Positions 1-7,751 of a DNA stretch of 64,000 nucleotides are shown in pieces. Numbering within the stretch: the first letter of the stretch is position 1; every line of letters starts with the position of its first letter. Below the pieces are notes generated by a model that was not told the origin of the DNA, made no database searches, and saw nothing but the letters and a program-made list of their open reading frames with translations. This DNA is from Clostridia bacterium (GTDB lineage Bacteria; Bacillota; Clostridia; Oscillospirales; CAG-272), in NCBI GenBank assembly GCA_017517745.1, contig JAFWYJ010000040.1:18453-82452 (forward strand), given 5' to 3'. The position numbers were made by a program, and so were the translations under genes.

Positions 1-986
1 AATTCTGCGCGGCAACGGGATGTGACGCAGAAGCAATGAAGGACGATCCCGAATGTGCCGCTTGGTTCAGTGAGAAGATCGAGAAGGCAAAGATCGCGCT
101 GACACAGAAGCAATCCACCTCGCTGACTCCTTCCTTTGAGGGAAGCAAGGCTAAGGTTGAGATCACCAGAGAGAAGTTTGATGAGATCACCAGGGGTCTG
201 TTCGACCAGACCATTTATCTTGTTGACCAGATGCTCAATGACAAAGGCATGAACATCGTGACCGACATCGATGAGATCATCCTCGTGGGCGGTTCTACCA
301 GAATGCTCCAGATCGAGGAGGGACTCCAGCTCCACTATAACAAGCCCATTTCCAAGTTTGACCCCGACAAGGCGGTTTCCAACGGTGCGGCACTGGTTGC
401 AAGCGGTGCAAGCCTTGAGGAAAACCTGGATATGCCTCCCGTAATGCCCGCAGGCGGCGACGCTTTCGGCGGCTTTGACAGCCCCAGCCTCGGTGGCGGA
501 AGTACCTTCGAGGACAAGAGCGGAAACACCAACCAGATCGTTGAGGTTTGCACCAAGTCTTACTGCCTCAGATATTACAACGGCGGCAAGGAGACCTTCA
601 TCAACCTGGTCAAGAAGGATGAGCCCAAGCCCGCGATCGGAACGACCAAGACGATCATTCCCGGTCTGGTGCTTGGTGGCGGTGATTCCAACGGAATGAC
701 CAACGAAGTTGCTCTTCTGATCATGGAGAATGACAGCCGTGACGATCACGTGGAGCGCGAGAACTGCGTGGAGCTTTACGAAGAGGTTCCGATTATGCTT
801 GCAGAGCCCGTATCCGCGTCCTCTCAGGTTGAGATTCAGCTTTACGTCAACATCAGTGGCGAGTTGAAGCTGACCTTGATCGAGACTGCAACCGGCAGAC
901 AGTACGAGATGATCCCCGTTCGTAAGGGCGGCGATACCAACAGTATCGGTATGGATGCTGCAACCGGATTTACTTTGGTGGGCTAA
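1..986 (+). CDS. Non-canonical Hsp70/DnaK-family protein, C-terminal portion (5' end outside window)
   Basis: The frame is open back to base 1, so the ATG at 36 is internal. Hsp70 nucleotide-binding-domain motifs are present: IILVGGSTRMLQI and DPDKAVSNGAALVA. A Gly/Pro-rich linker follows, then a short beta-rich domain (VEIQLYVNISGELKLTLIETATGRQYEM) resembling the Hsp70 SBD-beta. There is no helical lid or EEVD tail. Confidence 0.8.
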   Translation, partial: FCAATGCDAEAMKDDPECAAWFSEKIEKAKIALTQKQSTSLTPSFEGSKAKVEITREKFDEITRGLFDQTIYLVDQMLNDKGMNIVTDIDEIILVGGSTRMLQIEEGLQLHYNKPISKFDPDKAVSNGAALVASGASLEENLDMPPVMPAGGDAFGGFDSPSLGGGSTFEDKSGNTNQIVEVCTKSYCLRYYNGGKETFINLVKKDEPKPAIGTTKTIIPGLVLGGGDSNGMTNEVALLIMENDSRDDHVERENCVELYEEVPIMLAEPVSASSQVEIQLYVNISGELKLTLIETATGRQYEMIPVRKGGDTNSIGMDAATGFTLVG

Positions 987-1005
987 GGTTAAGCGTTGAA
1001 CTTAC

Positions 1006-1041
1006 AGGAAAGCCCGATCAAGCAATTGATTAGGCTTTCCT
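1006..1041 (+). terminator. Intercistronic hairpin between the two Hsp70 genes (weak terminator, attenuator or processing site)
   Basis: AGGAAAGCC (1006-1014) pairs with GGCTTTCCT (1033-1041). An inner ATCAA/TTGAT pairing lies within the loop. The hairpin is followed by a TTTCACTATTTATT tract that is T-rich but interrupted. Confidence 0.3.
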
Positions 1042-1074
1042 TTCACTATTTATTAATAAGTTGAGGTGTTTTTC

Positions 1075-3192
1075 ATGGGAATCAGCGTTGGAATTGATTT
1101 GGGAACAACTTACTCGGCGGTTGCCACCTTTGACAAGGCAACGGGAACCGTCAAAATTCTGAAGAATGACATCGGCGAGGACTGCACGCCCTCGGTTGTC
1201 TGCATTGAGGACGGCGAGGTGACCATCGGTCAAGCGGCGAAGGATCTGCAGGCGGCGGGCAACGTCAACACTGCGGCGTTCTACAAGAGCATGATGGGCG
1301 AGCCGAACTTCAGCTGTTACATCGATGGGCAAAGCTTTTCCGCGGAGAATCTTTCCGCAGCGTTTCTGCGCGGCCTCAAACAGGCTGTCGAGGAGGCGAA
1401 CGGAGTCACGATCGACAGCGCGGTCATCACGGTTCCCGCCTATTTCAACGAGGCACAGCGCCAGGCAACCCTTCGTGCAGGAGAGGCGGCAGGCATGCGG
1501 GTTCTCAAGCTCATCAACGAGCCGACCTCGGCAATCATTGCCTACGGTCTGACGGGGCAGGGAGAGAAGAACGTCATGGTCTATGACCTTGGCGGCGGAA
1601 CCTTTGACGTCACCATTGCACACATCCGCGGCGCAAACGTGGACGTGCTTGCCACCAACGGCAACCATCAGCTCGGCGGCAAGGATTGGGATGCTGTGAT
1701 CGTGGAGGAGGTCGCTTCTCGTTTTTACGATCAATTCGGAGTCAACGTTCGTGACTACGAGGACGTCATGAACGAGCTGGCGGTCAAGTGCGAAAAGACC
1801 AAAAAGGTGCTCACCAACGTTCCCGTGACACAGATCAGCGTGCAATGCGAGGGCTTTTACGGAAAATACGACATCTCAAGAGAATTCTTTGAAGAAAGAA
1901 CCCAAACGCAGCTGGCGGAAACCACGCTGCTCATTCAAAAATGCTTTGATGAGATCTCTCGGCAGAGCGGCAAGTCCTTTGGCTGGACGTCGCTGGATGA
2001 GGTGGTTCTCGTCGGAGGCTCGACCAGAATGCCGCAGATCAGCAAAATGATTACAGAGGCCTTTGGTCGTCCTCCCATCATCATTGGCAACAAGGTGGAT
2101 ACCATCGTTGCCTCGGGTGCGGCAATGCAGGCAAGCATTTGCAACGAAGGCTCGATCACGCTCAGCGCGGCTTCGGGCTTTGTCAGAAACACCAATACCG
2201 CTCCCGGCGCTCCGGCTCCCACCCTCACGATCTGCGGCGATGCGATCAAGGACGTGACTTCTCACAGCCTTGGCATGCTTGCCTTTTTGGAAGAGAAGAG
2301 CCTGGATCTGATCAACAGTATCATCATCCCCAAAAACTCCGCGATCGGAGAAGCACAGGGCAGATGGTACAAATCACACGCGGATAAGATCTGCGTACAT
2401 GTTCTGCAGGGCGAGTCCGACAATCCTTACGATTGTACCTTCCTCTATTCCTTCACCATCACCGGCTTGAAGGCAGGGCAGGAGAATCGCGTGCAGGTCT
2501 TCTTCCTCTACAACCCCAGCGGTATGGTAGAGGTCAGTGCGCAAGATGAAATGGGAAGAGATCTCCCCGTCAAGAAGGAGCAGGGTGCAGGTCTTGCGCT
2601 TTCGGCAGGGCGCTCTCTGGATCAGATCATCGCAGAGGTTCGCCGCGAGAAGGAAGAGGCGATGCGCAGACCTCCTCTGGACGTCACGTTCGTTGTGGAT
2701 ACGTCGGGAAGTATGGAAGGTCGCCCCCTCGATGAGGCAAAAAAATCGATTCAAGAATTCTTGGCGCAGCTTGATCAAACCGATGCCAAGATCTCGATTC
2801 TTAAATTCTCCGATTCTTGCGATTGGAAGTGTTATCAAACAGAAATCAGCAAGCGTCCTTTTATTCAAAAGGCAATTCAATCTTTGGAGGTGGACGGCGG
2901 AACCACTGCTACACCGCTTGGAGATTTCGCCAAAAAGCAGGGATTCCATAAGATTGACGGAAAGATTCTCGTGGTCTTGACCGACGGTGAATGGGAACAT
3001 CAGGGATTTGAGATCATGTCGGCGCAATCCCTCAAGAAAAAGGGCGTGATCATTTACGCCGTTGGAATTGGCGATGCCGATTTCGATTTTCTCTCGAAGA
3101 TCGCCTCGAACGGCGGCGCGAAGAAGATCGATTTGAGCAGCTTGGCCGACACGTTCCGCGCGATCGCCTCCAGCATCGCAACACAATCTTAA
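1075..3192 (+). CDS. Hsp70-family ATPase fused to a C-terminal von Willebrand factor A (vWA) domain
   Basis: The ATG at 1075 sits 8 nt after TGAGG; the track start at 1066 is a GTG. Hsp70 motifs: GIDLGTTYS, DLGGGTFDV, VLVGGSTRMPQI. An SBD-beta-like segment follows (VHVLQGES...VQVFFLYNPSGMVEVSAQD). The C-terminal vWA has a full MIDAS: DTSGS (DxSxS), TATPLG, LVVLTDGEW. Confidence 0.85.
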   Translation: MGISVGIDLGTTYSAVATFDKATGTVKILKNDIGEDCTPSVVCIEDGEVTIGQAAKDLQAAGNVNTAAFYKSMMGEPNFSCYIDGQSFSAENLSAAFLRGLKQAVEEANGVTIDSAVITVPAYFNEAQRQATLRAGEAAGMRVLKLINEPTSAIIAYGLTGQGEKNVMVYDLGGGTFDVTIAHIRGANVDVLATNGNHQLGGKDWDAVIVEEVASRFYDQFGVNVRDYEDVMNELAVKCEKTKKVLTNVPVTQISVQCEGFYGKYDISREFFEERTQTQLAETTLLIQKCFDEISRQSGKSFGWTSLDEVVLVGGSTRMPQISKMITEAFGRPPIIIGNKVDTIVASGAAMQASICNEGSITLSAASGFVRNTNTAPGAPAPTLTICGDAIKDVTSHSLGMLAFLEEKSLDLINSIIIPKNSAIGEAQGRWYKSHADKICVHVLQGESDNPYDCTFLYSFTITGLKAGQENRVQVFFLYNPSGMVEVSAQDEMGRDLPVKKEQGAGLALSAGRSLDQIIAEVRREKEEAMRRPPLDVTFVVDTSGSMEGRPLDEAKKSIQEFLAQLDQTDAKISILKFSDSCDWKCYQTEISKRPFIQKAIQSLEVDGGTTATPLGDFAKKQGFHKIDGKILVVLTDGEWEHQGFEIMSAQSLKKKGVIIYAVGIGDADFDFLSKIASNGGAKKIDLSSLADTFRAIASSIATQS

Positions 3193-3204
3193 CGGGAGTT
3201 CACG

Positions 3205-6200
3205 ATGGCAAATAATATCAGAACACAAGAAGAATACAAAAAGCCGGAATATAACTATTTCATTGCCCTGAAGCTGGGCATCAAGGAAAAGAATACGGCA
3301 AACATCGAAAAAAGCATCAGCAAGACCTGCGGAAGCACCAAGGGAGACCTGATTTCCCGCCGTCTCATCGAGCTTCGACAGGACATGACCGAGATCATGG
3401 TCAACGATGCAACCTACAATCCGCAAACCAACAGCTACGTCCCCAATTCGGGAGGTCGCCAGAAGGAGGCGGATGCGGCAAAGGCACTCAAACTTGAGGA
3501 ATTGATGAAGCTCGTTTACAATATGTGTATGAGCAACGGACGTATTTTCAAGAGTACCCTCAACGAGCTTTGCATTGCCGCCAATAAAACGGCAGAATAT
3601 TTTACGCTTGACGAGCTGATCAAAAAATGCGATTCGCTCAAGGCGCAGGGAATCAAGTTCATCGACAACATGACCTCGGCAATTCCGTTCGCGGAGTTCC
3701 AGACGGCAGGTCAGTTGCTCGAAACCCCTCCCGCCAAGGCAGACCTTTACGAGTTTTTGGGCGTGAGTAAGACCGCGTCCGTTGCGGAGATCAGTGCCGC
3801 GAGAGCAAACGCGTATAACGAGGCGCAGAAAAAGAGCGACCTCAAGATCAAGCAGTCGGTTTCGGCTCTTTGCGCAAAGGTTGACGCCATTCTCACCAAG
3901 AGCCCCGATATCCGTAAGCAGTATGACTATTACATCCAGGTCAAGGAAACCGTATGGGATCAGTTCAAGATGAGAAAGACCTACGGTGCCAAGAGTATTT
4001 CGCTGGATGAATATTATCAGTTTGCGGAAGAGCTGCAGCGCGTGCTTTCCATCAAAATCGACGAGGTCGAGGAGATGCTGGGCGCGGGACTGAAGTTCTA
4101 CGGTCTGGTAGTCGCGGGTGACGAGGGTGACGGAAGTGCCAAGGAAAAATTGGGCATTCCCGAGCTGGAGCTTTGTCCCTATCCCGATTGCGGTCAGATC
4201 TATCGCGCGGGAGCCAAGGCATGCCCGCATTGCGGCAAGCCGCTTGAAATCCTTTGCTGGAACTGCGGCAATCAGGTGCCCTTTACCGTCAAGCACAAGA
4301 CTTGTAGCCATTGCGGCGCCGCGCATGACGGCAAGGATCGCTATGAAGCGGTTTCGCGCGAGATCGATGCGCTTTTGCGCGCGAGCGTGTGCGATATTCC
4401 GAAGCTGCAGGCTGCACTCATGACTTTGAAAAATCTCGTTCCCAACGATAAGGGGGATGGAAAATCCACCATTTCCAAGAAGGTGGCGCAATGCGAAAAA
4501 ACCATTGCGGATAAAATCAAAGAAGAGGAAACAACGGGCGAGAAGTACCGCGCCGACGAAAAGCTGGTGCAGGAACAGATCGCTCTGAAGAATCTGATGA
4601 CCGCGGCGAGCATGGTGAGCAATATGCGCCGTGCATATCCCACCTACAACGCGGCAAACACCCAAGCGCTCGCCAATTCGATTCAGGCGACGATCTCCAA
4701 GGCGCAGGCAGGACTTGAACAGGTCAAGCGTTATGCGGCGCAGGGGAATGAGGCCATGGTGATCGATTCCGCCTCCAAGGTGCTGGAGATCTGTGCCGAC
4801 TATCTTGAGGCGAAGCAGTTCCTCCAAAAGTTCCCGCCTAAGACGCCCTCTGCCCCCGTGATCTCTGCGTCGGATGACGGCAAGGTTCATCTGGAGTGGA
4901 GAAAAGAAGGGGATCAGAAGATGGTGACCTACACGATCGTCAAAAAGATCGGAACGGCACCGCAGAACGTCAAGGACGGCGCTCTGGTCGAGGAAAATCT
5001 CGAGATCAACTTCTATGAGGACAGCAACATTGTTTCCGCCACGCCCTATCACTACGCGGTATATGCTACCCGTTGCGGCGTGAATTCCGGATTGCTCGTG
5101 TTCCCGTCGTCCATTCAGGTGTTTGGAGACGTTGCCAACATCCAGCAGGAGATCCTGCCCGGCAAGATCAGCGTGCATTGGGATGCACCGCAGAATTTTG
5201 CAAGCATCGACGTCTGGAAGAAGGAGGGAACTATTGCTCCTCTCAAGGCGGGTGACGGCACCAAGCTTTCCGGCACGAAGGACGGCTTCGTAGACGAGGA
5301 TTGCAAGGGAGAAAACAGCTACCTCATCATTTGTACCTACAAGACCGCAGAGGGTGTGAAGTGCTCTCGCGGAATTACGCATACCTTTAAGAAATACGAC
5401 ATGATCGAGCCTCTGCGCGAGGTCAAGCTGACACAGAACACACAAACCGAGTTCTGTCTGTCCTGCAAGAATCCTTCGGACGAGAAGCTCCGTGTGGTGT
5501 TCAGCAAGAACAAGCTTCCTTGCCGCGCCGACACCGTTTTGCAGATGATGGATTACAACACCTATATCAAGGGTGGAACCACATTGCCGATCTTCTACGA
5601 TAATGACGGCGCGACCTGCTTCAATCTGCCTGCGAACGCGATGGGATACGTGTACGTGTTGGTTTACAACGATCAGCTCTTCTGCGCATCGGCTCCGATC
5701 GCCGCCAATGCGCTCGCCGGCATCACCAGCCTCTCCTATGAGGAGCAGAACGCGGGCGTGAAGATCAAGGGTAACCTGAATCCCGCAACCAAGCGCGTGA
5801 TCGCCAAGATCAGCGATACGGCTTTTGCAAAATCGATCAATGACAAGGGCGAGCAGATCGCCATCACCAAAGAACAGTTTGAGAGAGACGGCGGTTTTGT
5901 GCTCAAGCTCAAGACGAATGCTTCGCACTATATTTCGGTGTTTGCCGAATTGGATCTGGAGGGACATGTCACCACGTCCTACGGCACGCCGTTGGAGAAT
6001 GTGATCGACCTGCGCGAAAAGGTTACCGTGCAGTATTGCATGGAATTCACCGTGTCGCAATCCAAGCCTTTCAAGATGACGCTGAAATTTGCGGCGGATC
6101 AGCCCGTGGATCTTCCCGACATGCTGTTGATGAAAGGCGTACCGCGGCCTCTGAACAAGAGCGCCGGAACGCTGGTGGAGCGCGTGAGCGGTGTGGCACT

Positions 6201-6342
6201 GAAAAAAGGCCTCTTCTCCTCGCGTTATACGGCAAAGATCACCCTGACCGTCCCTGCAGACAGACCGAACATGAGGTTCATTCTGTTTACGGCTGACGAT
6301 CACGTCAAACATGCCAAGCTCAAAGAGGTTACGTCTCTGTAA
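3205..6342 (+). CDS. 1045-aa multidomain protein: degenerate J-like domain (no HPD), double zinc ribbon, coiled coil, FN3-like beta domains
   Basis: Residues ~178-243 (DLYEFLGVSKTASVAEISAARANAYNEAQKKSDLK...ILTKSPDIRKQYDYY) follow the J-domain helix I-IV pattern, but the HPD position reads KKS. The zinc ribbons are CPYPDC..CPHC and CWNC..CSHC (nt ~4174-4317). FN3-like signatures are PSAPVISASDDGKVHLEW...YHYAVYA and ISVHWDAP...YLIICTY. The gap to the upstream gene is 12 nt. Confidence 0.75.
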   Translation: MANNIRTQEEYKKPEYNYFIALKLGIKEKNTANIEKSISKTCGSTKGDLISRRLIELRQDMTEIMVNDATYNPQTNSYVPNSGGRQKEADAAKALKLEELMKLVYNMCMSNGRIFKSTLNELCIAANKTAEYFTLDELIKKCDSLKAQGIKFIDNMTSAIPFAEFQTAGQLLETPPAKADLYEFLGVSKTASVAEISAARANAYNEAQKKSDLKIKQSVSALCAKVDAILTKSPDIRKQYDYYIQVKETVWDQFKMRKTYGAKSISLDEYYQFAEELQRVLSIKIDEVEEMLGAGLKFYGLVVAGDEGDGSAKEKLGIPELELCPYPDCGQIYRAGAKACPHCGKPLEILCWNCGNQVPFTVKHKTCSHCGAAHDGKDRYEAVSREIDALLRASVCDIPKLQAALMTLKNLVPNDKGDGKSTISKKVAQCEKTIADKIKEEETTGEKYRADEKLVQEQIALKNLMTAASMVSNMRRAYPTYNAANTQALANSIQATISKAQAGLEQVKRYAAQGNEAMVIDSASKVLEICADYLEAKQFLQKFPPKTPSAPVISASDDGKVHLEWRKEGDQKMVTYTIVKKIGTAPQNVKDGALVEENLEINFYEDSNIVSATPYHYAVYATRCGVNSGLLVFPSSIQVFGDVANIQQEILPGKISVHWDAPQNFASIDVWKKEGTIAPLKAGDGTKLSGTKDGFVDEDCKGENSYLIICTYKTAEGVKCSRGITHTFKKYDMIEPLREVKLTQNTQTEFCLSCKNPSDEKLRVVFSKNKLPCRADTVLQMMDYNTYIKGGTTLPIFYDNDGATCFNLPANAMGYVYVLVYNDQLFCASAPIAANALAGITSLSYEEQNAGVKIKGNLNPATKRVIAKISDTAFAKSINDKGEQIAITKEQFERDGGFVLKLKTNASHYISVFAELDLEGHVTTSYGTPLENVIDLREKVTVQYCMEFTVSQSKPFKMTLKFAADQPVDLPDMLLMKGVPRPLNKSAGTLVERVSGVALKKGLFSSRYTAKITLTVPADRPNMRFILFTADDHVKHAKLKEVTSL

Positions 6343-6354
6343 TCTCAACAAACG

Positions 6355-6415
6355 CTCCGCCGCGCCCGCAGAGCGGGGCGGCGGAGGAATACCGATGAAA
6401 GGATGGAGAACATGA
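6355..6415 (+). promoter_or_regulatory. GC-rich hairpin overlapping a GGAGG, plus a 6-codon mini-ORF whose stop overlaps an in-frame ATG of the next gene
   Basis: CTCCGCCGCGCCCGC (6355-6369) pairs with GCGGGGCGGCGGAG (6373-6386) with one bulge, and no U-tract follows. GGAGG (6383-6387) lies 7 nt upstream of the ATG at 6395. That ATG opens MKGWRT-stop, and its TGA (6413-6415) overlaps the ATG at 6412-6414, which is in frame with the 6403 ORF. Confidence 0.3.
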
Positions 6416-7749
6416 TTACCGGAAACACCACTGTTCGCGTGATCGAGGGAAACCGATTGAACGATACCGTGCCCGAGGCGGCAAAGCAACGTCAACAGCC
6501 AACCCCGTCCAACCCTCGTCCGATCAACATACTTTTCAACGGTAAGAACGGGAAGGGAATGCCCGATCAGTTTGTCCTGACCGAGCGATTGCTCAGCCAG
6601 CATCTGATGCTCATCGGAGGCATCGGTTCGGGCAAAACCAACACCTTCAATCAAATCATGCAAAACATCGCGCCGCAGCTTTCCGCGCGGGACGTGATGA
6701 TTATTTTTGATACCAAAGGCGATTTTCTCAAGGAGTTTTATGCTCCCGGAGACATCGTCATCAGCAATGATACCACAGCAAGAGGAGCAAACGGCCCCGA
6801 CTATTGGAACATTCTCGCAGAGCTTGAGGATGACGATTCGCTTGAGGTCAACTGTGTGGAGATCGCCACGGCGCTCTTTGCCGACAAGCTGAGCGAGGGC
6901 GGAGATTCCTTTTTCCCAAACGCGGCAAAGGATTTGCTCACCGCCGTGCTGTATCATTTCGTCAAAAACCGTGCTCAGATTCGATCGAGCAACAAAACGC
7001 TCTCGGAATGTCTCAAAGGTGTGAATCACGAATGGTTTTTGGCTTTGCTGAATAAATATCCGCAGTTCAAGGCGATGAAGAGTTACATTCCGCAAGACGC
7101 GCCCGGTCAGGCGATCGGCGTGCTGGCGGAGCTTCAGCAGGTGGTGCGCCAGGTGTTCATCGGCAACTTTGCCAAAGAGGGAACACTTTCCGTGCGCAAC
7201 CTCGTGCGTCGCAAAGGCGGAAAAAAGATTTTCATTGAATATGATATCGGTATCGGCGGAATGCTTACACCGATTTACAGTTTGATGTTCGATCTGGCAA
7301 TCAAGGAGGCACTCTGCCGTTCCAAGAGCGACGGAAACGTGTTTTTCGTGGTGGACGAGTTCAAGCTTCTTCCCAACCTCAAGCACATTGACGACGCAGT
7401 CAACTTCGGCAGAAGCCTTGGCATCAAGTTTATGATCGGCATCCAGAACGTGGATCAGATCATCAAGGCGTATGATGAGCACATGGCGTTGAATATCTTT
7501 TCGGGATTTCTCAATCAATTTGCCTTCAAGGTCAGTGATCATTCCACAAGAGAATATATCAAAGAGCGTGCGGGGATGAATCGCAAGCTCACAATGTATA
7601 AAACGGTAACCGTCCAGGAATCGATCGAGGGAGCAAACGTCATCGAAGACTGGGACGTGGGAAATCTGAAGTTGGGGCAGGCTGTGGTCATGCTCAACAG
7701 CGCGGAACCCTTCGTATTCGGTTTCCCCGAATTCATCGGCAGGAGTTAG
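6403..7749 (+). CDS. Soluble FtsK/HerA-superfamily P-loop ATPase resembling type IV coupling proteins (VirD4/TraG/TraD-like), without an N-terminal TM anchor
   Basis: Walker A is LIGGIGSGKTN and Walker B is FFVVDEFKLL. Other T4CP-like blocks: GPDYWNILAE, FFPNAAKDLL, IKFMIGIQNVDQI. No hydrophobic N-terminus is present. The start could be 6412 (see the mini-ORF feature). Confidence 0.7.
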   Translation: MENMITGNTTVRVIEGNRLNDTVPEAAKQRQQPTPSNPRPINILFNGKNGKGMPDQFVLTERLLSQHLMLIGGIGSGKTNTFNQIMQNIAPQLSARDVMIIFDTKGDFLKEFYAPGDIVISNDTTARGANGPDYWNILAELEDDDSLEVNCVEIATALFADKLSEGGDSFFPNAAKDLLTAVLYHFVKNRAQIRSSNKTLSECLKGVNHEWFLALLNKYPQFKAMKSYIPQDAPGQAIGVLAELQQVVRQVFIGNFAKEGTLSVRNLVRRKGGKKIFIEYDIGIGGMLTPIYSLMFDLAIKEALCRSKSDGNVFFVVDEFKLLPNLKHIDDAVNFGRSLGIKFMIGIQNVDQIIKAYDEHMALNIFSGFLNQFAFKVSDHSTREYIKERAGMNRKLTMYKTVTVQESIEGANVIEDWDVGNLKLGQAVVMLNSAEPFVFGFPEFIGRS

Positions 7750-7751
7750 TT

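Noticed and set aside
2374-7542. A 1722-aa minus-strand ORF spanning three plus-strand genes and two intergenic gaps
   Set aside because: It lies exactly in codon register with the sense genes; 1075, 3205 and 6403 all share the same frame phase. Stops on this strand therefore arise only from sense TTA, CTA or TCA codons, which this GC3-biased genome avoids. Its translation is R/H/L/D/V-rich low-information sequence with no motifs, whereas the plus strand has clear Hsp70, vWA and P-loop signatures.
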